A stretch of 15,367 nt of DNA from Candidatus Thorarchaeota archaeon (lineage in GTDB: Archaea; Asgardarchaeota; Thorarchaeia; Thorarchaeales; Thorarchaeaceae): assembly GCA_048882045.1 (NCBI GenBank), contig JBHLRZ010000054.1, positions 1-15,367 of the forward strand, read 5' to 3'. Positions 1-9,490 of this stretch are shown here, in pieces. A program made the translations under genes and the position numbers. The number at the start of each line of letters is the position of its first letter. The stretch's first letter is position 1. A model generated the notes under the pieces. The model had not been told where the DNA came from and did no database searches. It was given only the letters and a program-made list of their open reading frames with translations.

Positions 1-2781
1 GACGACTACAACTATTACTTTGAAGGAGTCCTTGGACCGTTTGGGTTTGTAGCCATCATGGGTGTGGATGTTGATAATGCGCTCAGAGATGCAGACTGGG
101 ATGACTTCCGATATCTTCGAATCAGCGTGAGAGGTGGAGTCACCTACGATATTGACGCCACTTGGGGCAGGGTCAACAGACCCATTGACACAGCGTTGAC
201 AGTACGAATTGGGGATATCAAACTGACAGAAACATCTGATGGTACTGAAGAGATCATTATCGGAACCGTTGACGGCGAGTTAATGGCCTACACATCAATG
301 GGAGTAGAAGTCTGGGCGAGCCAGTCGGACCAACCAAGATTCTCACTCAAGACACAAATTTGGGACTTGGTTCAGGTCATCGGAAAGGGTAGGATTCCTA
401 CCTGGTTGTTCCACGACAGCTTGATTGAGGACATCGATCTCCTTGGAAGTCTTCCAAGCTTTGACCATTTCGTCACATATACCATGGTCAACATTGACTA
501 CAACAGTGCACTTGACATCGTTGCTACTGTGCGTGAGGGAGCCTATACACGGCTGATTTACCTAAGAAACACAGGAAGTGATGACAGTCCAGTTTACAAC
601 TACATTCCGAACTATTTTGTCACACAGACAACTCTTGTTTCAGACCAGATTTTGAGTCATGCAGCTGTAACAATGGGAGACCTAGATGGAGACTATGATG
701 ACGACCTGATACTTGGCACAGCCTGGTTGGATGTCGATCTGGGATGGGTCTATGAACTCAGGTACTTCGAACAGACGGCTGTCGACTTTTGGACGGAGCA
801 GCCAGGATATCTGTCAGACATCGGCTCACTGGTCATTGGGAATGGTTTCATGCCTCGTGTTTCGCTCTATGACATGGACTATGACAATGACTTGGATGTC
901 ACCTTGATTCTCGATAGACTCTACTTCTTCAGACAGACTGGATATTCGTCGGGTGTGAAGTTCTACTTCCAGCAGGACACGACATACTTCCAGACCATCA
1001 ATGACGATTTCCGTTCATCTGAGATTCCCGGAAAGATTGGATTCTCCGACTTTGACATGGATGGCGACATCGATGTGACGGTTCCACGGTCAACTCTGAA
1101 TGTCACCAACGAGGGCATTGACACAGATGCGTCTCGACTATCCTACTGGGAGAACACTGGAAACAGGAATGATGTCGAGTGGGTAAAACGACGTTCAATG
1201 TTTGAACCAGACTTCACTGGAACACTCCTCGACCCAGACCATGGTTACACAGGACCAGAATACTATGACATGAATGGAGATGAAATTCCTGACCTGATAC
1301 TGCTCCACAAGGACTCGATCGATATCTTTTACGGAAGGCTGGACCATGACACGTTCATCACTGCGACATATCCCTATATTCACATGGTGGAGGTGGACAA
1401 GAGAACCACGGGCGACGGATTCTTGGGATATGAGGCTTATGACTCGTGGACAAACTGGATCATCTTTGAGGCGTGGTCTCGTGGTCTGGAATATGGCGAC
1501 GTGGACAATGATGGTATACCAGAAGTGTTCGTAGGCTCATTTGACAACAACATAGTTGCCTTTGAGAATGTGGCCAATAACACCTACCGCAGGTCCTGGA
1601 GGTCTGCAGACTTCTTCCTCATAAATTGGCTGGACGGAACTGAGCTGCCATTCTATGCTAACATTCGAGACATGGTCATAGGCGATCAGGACCTGGATGG
1701 GAAGAAAGAAGTCATTGTGACAGCAGGATACAATGTCTATGTCTTTGAGGCCATTGATGATGACTACTATGACCTTGTATGGGTTTCAGATCCTATTGCC
1801 ATAGCGCCATACTTTGATCCTACAAAGTATGTTCCTCCAGTCCCCCGCGCACCGTGGGTTGTCTGGGCGGACCAAGACCTTGACGACGATAAGTACCCAG
1901 AGATCGTTGTGGGAGCTGAATATTACCTCTTGGTCTATGAAATGTTCGAGGACAATAACTACACGCTGGTGGCTCAGTACGAGCTGACCCCACAAGACCT
2001 TGGCGTCCCAAGGATTCGAGGAATCGAAACAGGAGACCTCGACCGGGATGGGTTCTTAGACATAGTGGTAGTTGGTTCTGATGAACTCGAAATCAATGGC
2101 ATTTACTATCCGACATACGGATGGGTACGGGTCTTTGAAAACGTGAAAAAGGCCGACGGAACTCACGCTAACAACACATACTATGAGTACTACAATATGA
2201 TTGCACAGGCTCCTGCGTATGCTGTGGATCTTGCTGACAATGACCAGAACAACTGGACTGAGGTGTTTGTTGGAACAGGTATTGGCGTCGAAATCTATGA
2301 GTCTCCAGCGGACAACTCATTGGCCTACCTTCAGTTTCTACCCACTGCCGCTGCAACAAAAGCTGTTGAAGCAGGGAACACTGATGGCGACAATTGGAAT
2401 GAAGTGATTGTGGGAACAGGAAACAACCTCTCGGTGTTTGAACAGAACCAGACCTATCTCAAGACCGCCCACATGTATGACGCTGTATGGAACAGTGGAG
2501 AGCTACATGAGGAGATCACTGACATACGTCTTGGAGATTCGAATCGCAACAATAGAACGGAGATCATTGCGACAGCAGCAAAGGGTTACCTCTATGCCTA
2601 CGAGTGGGTGCCAACAGTGTCTGAACTAAACATGACACTGTACTTCCTTGCGTCAACGGAGGAGGGACCACAGTTGCAACCTGGAGGAGTTCAATCGCTG
2701 GCATTTATACTACCAGACGTGAGGAAAACGGAGGGGACTCAAGGAATACAATCATTAGATCCGAGGAGGGTTGAAGCATGA
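1..2781 (+). CDS. Large FG-GAP/VCBS-repeat (integrin-alpha-like beta-propeller) extracellular protein, 5'-truncated
   Basis: Frame 1 is open from base 1 (DDYNYYFEGVLGPFGFVAIM...), so the true start probably lies upstream of the window. About 12 Ca-binding DxDxDG-type motifs (GDLDGDYDDD, SDFDMDGDID, GDVDNDGIPE, GDQDLDGKKE, GDLDRDGFLD, GNTDGDNWNE etc.). The TGA stop overlaps the next ATG (ATGA). Confidence 0.88.
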   Translation, partial: DDYNYYFEGVLGPFGFVAIMGVDVDNALRDADWDDFRYLRISVRGGVTYDIDATWGRVNRPIDTALTVRIGDIKLTETSDGTEEIIIGTVDGELMAYTSMGVEVWASQSDQPRFSLKTQIWDLVQVIGKGRIPTWLFHDSLIEDIDLLGSLPSFDHFVTYTMVNIDYNSALDIVATVREGAYTRLIYLRNTGSDDSPVYNYIPNYFVTQTTLVSDQILSHAAVTMGDLDGDYDDDLILGTAWLDVDLGWVYELRYFEQTAVDFWTEQPGYLSDIGSLVIGNGFMPRVSLYDMDYDNDLDVTLILDRLYFFRQTGYSSGVKFYFQQDTTYFQTINDDFRSSEIPGKIGFSDFDMDGDIDVTVPRSTLNVTNEGIDTDASRLSYWENTGNRNDVEWVKRRSMFEPDFTGTLLDPDHGYTGPEYYDMNGDEIPDLILLHKDSIDIFYGRLDHDTFITATYPYIHMVEVDKRTTGDGFLGYEAYDSWTNWIIFEAWSRGLEYGDVDNDGIPEVFVGSFDNNIVAFENVANNTYRRSWRSADFFLINWLDGTELPFYANIRDMVIGDQDLDGKKEVIVTAGYNVYVFEAIDDDYYDLVWVSDPIAIAPYFDPTKYVPPVPRAPWVVWADQDLDDDKYPEIVVGAEYYLLVYEMFEDNNYTLVAQYELTPQDLGVPRIRGIETGDLDRDGFLDIVVVGSDELEINGIYYPTYGWVRVFENVKKADGTHANNTYYEYYNMIAQAPAYAVDLADNDQNNWTEVFVGTGIGVEIYESPADNSLAYLQFLPTAAATKAVEAGNTDGDNWNEVIVGTGNNLSVFEQNQTYLKTAHMYDAVWNSGELHEEITDIRLGDSNRNNRTEIIATAAKGYLYAYEWVPTVSELNMTLYFLASTEEGPQLQPGGVQSLAFILPDVRKTEGTQGIQSLDPRRVEA

Positions 2782-4568
2782 AAAAGAACAGAAGATACCT
2801 AGCTACAATTGTTGTTGTATTTGGAATAACATCAATGATGATGACTCTACCAGTCGCTGCGCCGATGATTTCACCCATTGACTCAGACAATTTGCGAGAG
2901 CAACTGATGGAACAAGTAGACTTGTGGATGTTTCGGAGAGCTACTGACCAGTCTCAGTACATGGATGTGGTCAGACAGAAGGGGTATGAACTGGCTTCGC
3001 CTTCAGACCCAGTACCGTTTGAATGGCGTAATACGTTCAACTTCACGAACAGTAACAACACATTTGGCAACTTCGTCATGACATCCGATGAGGTGAGTTC
3101 TAATCTCAGGAACTATATATTCCAGCTTCTCTACAGTGACATCGAGGCGGCCTGTGAGGTCAGTGTCTTGGACATACTACTCTTCCGGGTTTTCGACTCT
3201 CTCATCATCGATTGGTTGAATATGGAGTTCGCAGGCTTTTGTAATGGGTTCGCTCAGGCGTCAAGGGACTTCTTCGAGGATCCGAGTATGATACCTCTCG
3301 GAAGAGATTGGGCATTGGAACTGCCATCTCCGAGTCCGAATGCCACACTTGCGCGAGAAACCAACGGAGATGTAGTGGAGTCTATGATAAAGGAGTATGT
3401 CCTCTGGAAGGGATCTGGAGCATTCTTCAATCCAAATCATCTGTTGAACTGGATCAAGATCTACCTCGGTATCCCAACTCCTCAGGGAGGAATAACCAAC
3501 TCTCAAGAGATAGCAAAGATGATGGATGCCATGCTTGTTGGCACTCCTCACTATACTCCTGCAGTCATACTCCTCATGGCTCCATTCTGGGAGGTCCCTG
3601 AGCCGACTGCAAGCCACTTTGTGAACGTCTACGACTATGAGGTCAATGCAAACGGGTCTATCACACTATACATCTACAACAATTGGTATCGATTCAATGA
3701 AACCTACAACATGTATGACGACTGGATTCTTGTGGATGCAAATGGGAACTTTAAGGGAACTCATGGAGACCCTGACTCAAACTTCTCGCGCTTGGCATTC
3801 TACCCAGACACCTCAGAGTACAACAGTATCATCACAGCTCTGATGGACCTTCTACCAAAACTTCTTGGACTTGGTATATTCAGTCCTGTTGACATTGAGA
3901 TTACAGACCCATTGGGAAGGAAGATTGGCATTGGTGAGAACGGAATCACGCATCAAGAATTTCCTGCCATCATGGTAGAAGACGATGGTGAGAAGCAGTT
4001 ACTATTCCCATTCGCTCCTGGACTTCCTTACACTATTAACCTAACAGGTACAGACACCGGAGAGTACAGAATGGAAACAAATCGATTTGTGAATCAAGAG
4101 CTTGTGACAGAGGAAATCATCGGAACTACGGAACCGGGGAAGAAGGACCTCTTCACAGTCACTCTTGATGAGAGTGGTATTGAGCTTGCTGAGATAGGTG
4201 TGTACTTACAAACTCCAAAGATTCTCTCCGGAACTTCAGTGTCCTTGGAATGGAGCAGGTTCAACAAGGACAACGAGTTTGTAGCATATGAGATATACTA
4301 TTCCAAGCAACCAACAAAGCTTGGAACTCTCCATTCCACAATTACTGATATCGACCAAACATCAGCAGTGGTTGGAGGTCTTTCCTCTGAGGAGACGTAC
4401 TACTTCACGGTGCGTGTCACTACGAACGTTGACAAGGACTACAATTCAAACCGAGTTGGTGCCGAGCTCCCTGAGGACTTCACCCTGCTTCTAATACTTG
4501 CAGCTGGTGCTGGAGGATTTGCTATCTTGATTCTAATTGTCCTCCTATATAGAAGAAAAGAGAAGTAA
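2778..4568 (+). CDS. Secreted, C-terminally membrane-anchored protein with a putative papain-like (Cys-His-Asn) domain and a fibronectin type III domain
   Basis: N-terminal signal peptide (MKKNRRYLATIVVVFG...); FN3 signature (SVSLEWS...YEIYY...GLSSEETYYFTVRV); C-terminal TM helix plus basic tail (LLYRRKEK); GFCNG, SHFV and YIYNN motifs. Confidence 0.8.
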   Translation: MKKNRRYLATIVVVFGITSMMMTLPVAAPMISPIDSDNLREQLMEQVDLWMFRRATDQSQYMDVVRQKGYELASPSDPVPFEWRNTFNFTNSNNTFGNFVMTSDEVSSNLRNYIFQLLYSDIEAACEVSVLDILLFRVFDSLIIDWLNMEFAGFCNGFAQASRDFFEDPSMIPLGRDWALELPSPSPNATLARETNGDVVESMIKEYVLWKGSGAFFNPNHLLNWIKIYLGIPTPQGGITNSQEIAKMMDAMLVGTPHYTPAVILLMAPFWEVPEPTASHFVNVYDYEVNANGSITLYIYNNWYRFNETYNMYDDWILVDANGNFKGTHGDPDSNFSRLAFYPDTSEYNSIITALMDLLPKLLGLGIFSPVDIEITDPLGRKIGIGENGITHQEFPAIMVEDDGEKQLLFPFAPGLPYTINLTGTDTGEYRMETNRFVNQELVTEEIIGTTEPGKKDLFTVTLDESGIELAEIGVYLQTPKILSGTSVSLEWSRFNKDNEFVAYEIYYSKQPTKLGTLHSTITDIDQTSAVVGGLSSEETYYFTVRVTTNVDKDYNSNRVGAELPEDFTLLLILAAGAGGFAILILIVLLYRRKEK

Positions 4569-4583
4569 ACAAAGGGAAGTGGT

Positions 4584-4751
4584 TCATTCTTTGAGCCGCT
4601 TCTCATCCCATTTTTCTGATATCTCATGTTTTGATTCGAGCCCAAGCATCTTTCTCCACATCTTCTTACCTCTCTCATCCAGCTCCTCAGTTACTGTCTG
4701 CATGATTGCTACGACTTTGAAAGCTGTTTCCAGTTCTGAATCATCAGCCAA
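4584..4751 (-). CDS. Small hypothetical protein (55 aa, charged, probably helical)
   Basis: Manual translation from TTG: MADDSELETAFKVVAIMQTVTEELDERGKKMWRKMLGLESKHEISEKWDEKRLKE*. SD AAGGAGT (4761-4767) lies 9 nt upstream. It fills about half of an otherwise empty 340-bp gap and is shorter than any ORF in the track. Confidence 0.65.
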   Translation of the reverse strand: MADDSELETAFKVVAIMQTVTEELDERGKKMWRKMLGLESKHEISEKWDEKRLKE

Positions 4752-4908
4752 TTCATTGATACTCCTTGGGATGGATTAATGATAATCAGTGTCAAGTATA
4801 CGTACTCAGAGGACTTAGAGATTGTGTATCGATGCCAACGCATTCTTGTAAAGGTTATTAGCCTTCGTGCAGGTGATATTTTGGTCACTATAGACCGGGA
4901 GATCAAAA

Positions 4909-6453
4909 TTGAGGATTGCACGGGTATTATTGATTTTGATGTTCATAGGACTCCTTGTAAATACATCCTTGTCATCTAATCGATACACTAGGCCTCAATT
5001 AGACCAGCGAATCTATTCTTGGTCTGACGAAACATATCCAATAATTATACGAAGCAATGCGGATCTAGCGGCGTTGTCATCTGGAGGAGCTGGCACAGCG
5101 AACGATCCTTACGTCATCGCAGACCTTCAGATTTCTGTCCATGACGAAGAAATGGCTATCAATATCAGAGATACCGACGCTTACTTTATTCTGTTTAATT
5201 GTAGGATTGAGATGGTGAGAGGTTTTTCAGCCATTGTCATGAGCAATGTTTCATATGGTGTCTTTGAGGAGTGCGAGATTATTGGCGCTGGTGTCATCCT
5301 TGATCGCTGCAACAGCTGTGAGATAGTTGATTGCACGATAACTGGGTCGATGTCTGAGGTGGGGATTGAGATTCTTTTCTCAGAGGATGTGAGAATGAAA
5401 GGAAACATAATCAGTAACTCACCAAGCGGCATCAGGGTTATGGGATCAGAAAACATTCGGCTTTCCTCAAATCATATCTATGACAACGAAGTGTTTGGCA
5501 TAGATGTCTATCTCTCAGCAAACACATCGATGTATGATAATGTATTGGAGAACAATGGAGTTTTCCTCTCGTTGTGGTGGGCGGGATACAATGGTCATAT
5601 GATTGAAGGAAAGCAATACATTGACGTACCATACAATTTTGACAATAATTCAGTGAATGGAAAACCACTTGGATTCTTTCATGGGATAACTGATGACACC
5701 ATTGAGGGTGATACCTTCGGACAGATCATTCTTCTAAACTGTTCCAACCTTGAGGTTGTTGGCGGGGATTTTCTAAAATCATCAGTAGGTTTTCAGATGC
5801 ATTTTAGTGAGAACTGCTCAATCAAAGGTGCAAACGTTGCTGATAACGGTGCGTGGGGGATGTATGTCTTCTATTCAAATTTCACAGTGATTGAGAACTG
5901 CAGTGTGCATGATAACAGTTGGAATGGAATCCTTCTGGAGAAGTCACCTTTTACTCAGATTAGCAACAATTCAATCATCAATAATGACGCGACGGGAGTA
6001 TATCTGGCGACTTCTGACAATTGTAGTATTTTGAACAACTCTCTGAGTCATAACTTCAGCGGTGTTGGCATTGGTTCATCTAGTAACTGTACAGTTATTG
6101 GGAATGAACTAGTATATAATTCAGTATATGGGATATTATTGATTGGGGACAGTCACCAAAACTCAATCTATGGAAATGCCATTGGTTGGAATGGAGCAGC
6201 CAACGGACGGGATGAAGCGGGTTATAATTTCTGGGACAATGGTATTGACCAAGGGAATAGTTGGAGTGATTATTCGGGATTTGGGAACTATATCATAGAA
6301 TATTATGGAACCGATCACTATCCTTCATTTCTAGGCAACCCGATTATGAGTCCTGTCACACTGTTAATGATTGGTACAGGTTCCGCAATTATATTCACGA
6401 TTATAATTGGCCTAGTTTGGATGAGAAAACGAGGAAAAAGAGGACAAATATAG
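4909..6453 (+). CDS. NosD-like right-handed parallel beta-helix (CASH/PbH1) surface protein with C-terminal TM anchor
   Basis: Signal peptide; GxGTxNDPYVI motif; repeated NxIxNN..GI.L..S.N turns; NxWDNG...GNxWSDY...DHYP terminal motif; TM helix plus basic tail (MRKRGKRG). TTG start with GGGAG upstream. Confidence 0.88.
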   Translation: MRIARVLLILMFIGLLVNTSLSSNRYTRPQLDQRIYSWSDETYPIIIRSNADLAALSSGGAGTANDPYVIADLQISVHDEEMAINIRDTDAYFILFNCRIEMVRGFSAIVMSNVSYGVFEECEIIGAGVILDRCNSCEIVDCTITGSMSEVGIEILFSEDVRMKGNIISNSPSGIRVMGSENIRLSSNHIYDNEVFGIDVYLSANTSMYDNVLENNGVFLSLWWAGYNGHMIEGKQYIDVPYNFDNNSVNGKPLGFFHGITDDTIEGDTFGQIILLNCSNLEVVGGDFLKSSVGFQMHFSENCSIKGANVADNGAWGMYVFYSNFTVIENCSVHDNSWNGILLEKSPFTQISNNSIINNDATGVYLATSDNCSILNNSLSHNFSGVGIGSSSNCTVIGNELVYNSVYGILLIGDSHQNSIYGNAIGWNGAANGRDEAGYNFWDNGIDQGNSWSDYSGFGNYIIEYYGTDHYPSFLGNPIMSPVTLLMIGTGSAIIFTIIIGLVWMRKRGKRGQI

Positions 6454-6454
6454 C

Positions 6455-7084
6455 TCAACTCTTCAACAAAGTTTTGATACGTCGTACACCCTCGATAGCA
6501 TCAGCACCGTAATCATCAGCACCGAGTTCCTTTGCAAGTTGAATACTCAGAGGTGCGCCACCTGCGATTATCTTCACCTTATCCCGGATTCCAGCCTCTC
6601 TGAGTGCTTTATCAACCGTCGAGATCTCCCTCATTGTCATGGTGAGCAGAGCACTGAGGGCGACGACTTTTGCACCTGATTCTTTCACAGCTCTAACAAT
6701 CTCATCAGCCGGAGTGTCCACTCCAAGGTCAATCACTTCGAATCCAGCAGACAACAGCATAGAAAGAAGTATGTTCTTACCAATATCGTGGTTATCACCA
6801 GCAACAGTAGCAGCAACTATTGGGGCATGATCACCAGATTCGTCAGATTTCAAATGGGGTTTGAGGACCTCGAATGCTGCTTTCATTGTTTCTCCAGCAA
6901 GTACTAGTTCGGAGAGAAAATACTCATCGGTTTCATACCTTCGTCCCACTTCATCCATTCCTGCAGTGAGAGCCTTGAGTAAGTCCTGAGGATCAACACC
7001 TGCATCCAGTTTGCTTTGTACAAGTTCTCCAATATTCTCGTCATCCAGTTCAACAATCATGTTGGCTACATCATCTAGCTCCAC
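6455..7084 (-). CDS. Corrinoid (B12-binding) methyltransferase protein, MtaC/MttC-like
   Basis: B12 cap domain (GMDEVGRRYETDEYFLSELVLAGETMK) plus base-off/His-on motif GDNHDIGKN...DLGVD...ALSALLT...GGAP. Start placed at GTG 7084 because AAGGAGTGAA (7091-7100) precedes it by 6 nt; ATG 7108 is the alternative. The track's 7261 start would overlap the divergent TPR gene. Confidence 0.92.
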   Translation of the reverse strand: MELDDVANMIVELDDENIGELVQSKLDAGVDPQDLLKALTAGMDEVGRRYETDEYFLSELVLAGETMKAAFEVLKPHLKSDESGDHAPIVAATVAGDNHDIGKNILLSMLLSAGFEVIDLGVDTPADEIVRAVKESGAKVVALSALLTMTMREISTVDKALREAGIRDKVKIIAGGAPLSIQLAKELGADDYGADAIEGVRRIKTLLKS

Positions 7085-7180
7085 TAGGTATTCACTCCTT
7101 GACTTCATGCCATGTATTGATAAACAGTGTAATATTCCTTGTTTTATGTCAATTCTGACAGAGATGGAGCACAAACTGAC

Positions 7181-7816
7181 ATGACAGAGGATATTCACGA
7201 AACGCTTCTTGCAATGATTAAGGAAACAGAAGAGGATCCAAGAAATGCTACTGTATGGCATGATCTTGGTAGTGTATTATATGACAAAGGACGAATCCAA
7301 GAAGCAGAAGCTGCATATCGAGAGGCGTTGAACTTGGACCAAACTCTGGCTGGTGCATGGAGAGACCTGGCAGCTGCCCTGTTTGTACAAAATCGGATTG
7401 ATGAGGCGGAAGAGGCCCTGAAGAGTGCACTAGTCCATAATGAGGCGGACTCTGATGTGTGGTATAATCTTGGGTGCGTCTATAATGTGATGGACAGACT
7501 TGAGGAGGCTCTGACTGCTTTTCAGAGAGCCTCAGATTTGAACCCTGAAGACTCTGACACTTGGTGTAACCTTGGTGTCGTCCTTGCCTCAATTGGTAAG
7601 ATGGAAGAGTCAGAACGTGCATTCAAGAAATCAGTTGAGATACGACCAAACAACTTTGTTGGGTGGTTGAATCTAATCAATCATCTTGAGAGACAGGAGA
7701 GGAACAAGGAAGCCGAAGAAGCCCATCGTTCAGCACTGGAATTCATTCCTGACTTTGACACCTTTTTACAAGATCTGCAAGAGTCAATAGATGATGCTCG
7801 TGACCAAGGTTCATAG
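7181..7816 (+). CDS. Tetratricopeptide repeat protein
   Basis: About five 34-aa TPR units (WHDLGSVL...A..AYREALNLD; WYNLGCVY...AFQRASDLNPE; WCNLGVVL...). Start placed at ATG 7181, with GGAG upstream. Confidence 0.9.
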   Translation: MTEDIHETLLAMIKETEEDPRNATVWHDLGSVLYDKGRIQEAEAAYREALNLDQTLAGAWRDLAAALFVQNRIDEAEEALKSALVHNEADSDVWYNLGCVYNVMDRLEEALTAFQRASDLNPEDSDTWCNLGVVLASIGKMEESERAFKKSVEIRPNNFVGWLNLINHLERQERNKEAEEAHRSALEFIPDFDTFLQDLQESIDDARDQGS

Positions 7817-7827
7817 GTGATGTGGCC

Positions 7828-8391
7828 ATGGGGAGAGTAGAAACATTAGTTCAGATAATCAATCTAAAGGAGTTGAACACTGATGGATTGATATTGGACA
7901 TTGGAGGAGGGGGAGAGGGTATCGTTTCAAGGATTGGTGGAGGAAGGGTCTGCGTTGTGGACATTCGGATGAGTGAGATCCGAGAGGCTCAGATTCATGG
8001 TGCACCAGCAAATTGGATCGTTGGCGATGGACAGAGACTTAGTTTCAGAGATGCTTCATTTGATACGGTCACACTATGGTTTTCTCTGGGTTATATACGA
8101 GAGTGGCCCGACAAGCTCAGAGTTCTAGAGGAGGTCATGAGAGTGTTGACCAAAGGGGGAGAGCTTTCGATTCTTGCAATGCGGATTCCAGACTCGACTG
8201 AACAATTCGTATTCTGGGCACATTTCACACTTCCAGATGGTGCAATATCGCAGACTGGATATGGTGTTAGAGGAAACCAAGGGCAGACCTTGGAAAAGCT
8301 GATTGGTTTACTCAACGATTTTGAATTCAAGATACTGAACACCGAGGATCATGGAGATTGGTTCAGCATTTCAGCTACACCTCCTAGATAG
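7828..8391 (+). CDS. Class I SAM-dependent methyltransferase (UbiE/Methyltransf_11-like)
   Basis: Motif I ILDIGGGGEG, motif II VVDI, GDGQRLSFRDASFDTV, and EVMRVLTKGG. SD AGGTGA (7815-7820) precedes ATG 7828. Confidence 0.88.
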   Translation: MGRVETLVQIINLKELNTDGLILDIGGGGEGIVSRIGGGRVCVVDIRMSEIREAQIHGAPANWIVGDGQRLSFRDASFDTVTLWFSLGYIREWPDKLRVLEEVMRVLTKGGELSILAMRIPDSTEQFVFWAHFTLPDGAISQTGYGVRGNQGQTLEKLIGLLNDFEFKILNTEDHGDWFSISATPPR

Positions 8392-8461
8392 GCTTCACTG
8401 TTCCAAAACCTTAAAGTGGGAACTCATTTCTGACCGGTCCAACACACTTCGGTGAAATGAT

Positions 8462-8980
8462 ATGAGCCTCGCAGTATGGTGGAGACGTGGTAGCAAACCA
8501 GGTCTCATCCTCATATTCCTAGGAATCGCAGGATTCGTTCAGATTCCTATCATCTGGCATGCACAGGTCTACGTCACAGTACTGAGTGCAGAACTGCAAC
8601 TAGTGGTCTCTTTAGGAGTGATGATAGTTCTTGGTGGTTCATATATACTCATGGCCGAAGCCATGTATCGCTGGGCACATATTGTGTCGAAGAGGAAGAC
8701 TCGGAGACGTCAGAAGGCTCAGGCAAACTGGATCAATAGACTATCTACTTTTGCTAGGTCGACGACTGATATGCCAGCATTTGTTGGTGCAGGTCTATTG
8801 ACATGTGTATTCTTCCTTTTCTATTTCTTCCCATTTGGGATTGCAGATGCAGGAAGTCTTCCGTCATGGATTGCTACCTTTGCCTACCTCGATCCACTGT
8901 TCATCTACATTCTTGGAGTGAACGCAGCAGCAATCGCTACAGCCTTTGTTGCCAGCTATATGAACTATAAAATCAAGTAA
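8462..8980 (+). CDS. Hypothetical integral membrane protein (about 4 TM helices)
   Basis: Four hydrophobic segments with a basic loop KRKTRRRQK; GGTGA SD upstream of the ATG. Confidence 0.7.
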   Translation: MSLAVWWRRGSKPGLILIFLGIAGFVQIPIIWHAQVYVTVLSAELQLVVSLGVMIVLGGSYILMAEAMYRWAHIVSKRKTRRRQKAQANWINRLSTFARSTTDMPAFVGAGLLTCVFFLFYFFPFGIADAGSLPSWIATFAYLDPLFIYILGVNAAAIATAFVASYMNYKIK

Positions 8981-9272
8981 TCCGGGCTCTACAATTCCAA
9001 CAGTATCTATTTCCCTTATCATTGGCCGAACCACATCTCATACATCGGACCTTCTCGGATGAGCCATATTCCGAGTCTGAGAGCCTGTGACGGGTTGCAC
9101 CTACATGGTATGTTCCAGACATTCTGGAGCCAACACCCTTGAGAGATACTGTCGACCGTGGTTTCAATTGATCTATGCCACTTTCTGATGCGGTCGCTAT
9201 AACGGGTTTCCTGCAATTCGGACAGATTCTCATATCAGGTTCAATGGTTCTTAGACAGTTGGGACATCTCAT
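8973..9272 (-). CDS. Double zinc-ribbon protein
   Basis: Four CxxC motifs in two pairs: CPNC-x10-CPNC at the N-terminus and CMRC-x10-CWNC at the C-terminus. Confidence 0.8.
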   Translation of the reverse strand: MRCPNCLRTIEPDMRICPNCRKPVIATASESGIDQLKPRSTVSLKGVGSRMSGTYHVGATRHRLSDSEYGSSEKVRCMRCGSANDKGNRYCWNCRARIT

Positions 9273-9323
9273 ATGCGTGACTCCATGAATTAACTCGAGT
9301 TCTTTCGTCGATATGTCGCTACG

Positions 9324-9331
9324 TTTATAAA
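9324..9331. promoter_or_regulatory. Archaeal TATA box (TTTATAAA) upstream of tRNA-Phe, possibly shared with the divergent zinc-ribbon gene
   Basis: Palindromic TTTATAAA ending 30 nt before the tRNA 5' end and about 50 nt from the minus-strand ATG at 9272. Confidence 0.6.
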
Positions 9332-9360
9332 ACTTGGACTTCGACCCACCTACTGCATAT

Positions 9361-9437
9361 GCCGCGGTAGATCAGCCAGGGAGATCGCACGGCTGAAGAC
9401 CGTGTTGTCGTGTGTTCAAATCACACCCGCGGCACCA
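9361..9437 (+). tRNA. tRNA-Phe (anticodon GAA), intron-less, CCA encoded
   Basis: Manual cloverleaf: acceptor GCCGCGG/CCGCGGC; D-stem GATC/GATC; anticodon stem CACGG/CCGTG with loop CT-GAA-GA (GAA at 9395-9397); T-stem GTGTG/CACAC with loop TTCAAAT; discriminator A followed by CCA. Confidence 0.97.
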
Positions 9438-9490
9438 CTTTCTAATAGCATCTAATTTTGATATTGTGAATCAGATAAAGTTTCAACGTA

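Noticed and set aside
4439-4979. Track ORFs 4439-4678, 4537-4779, 4709-4921 and 4779-4979
   Set aside because: They overlap real genes and show no motifs; the 4584-4751 minus-strand ORF explains the gap better.
7109-7261. N-terminal extensions of the corrinoid ORF (from 7261) and TPR ORF (from 7139) in the ORF track
   Set aside because: They overlap head-to-head, add non-homologous-looking sequence, and better SD-supported starts lie downstream.
7814-7830. Possible TAG read-through from the TPR gene into the methyltransferase
   Set aside because: Different frames, and the downstream gene has its own AGGTGA SD.
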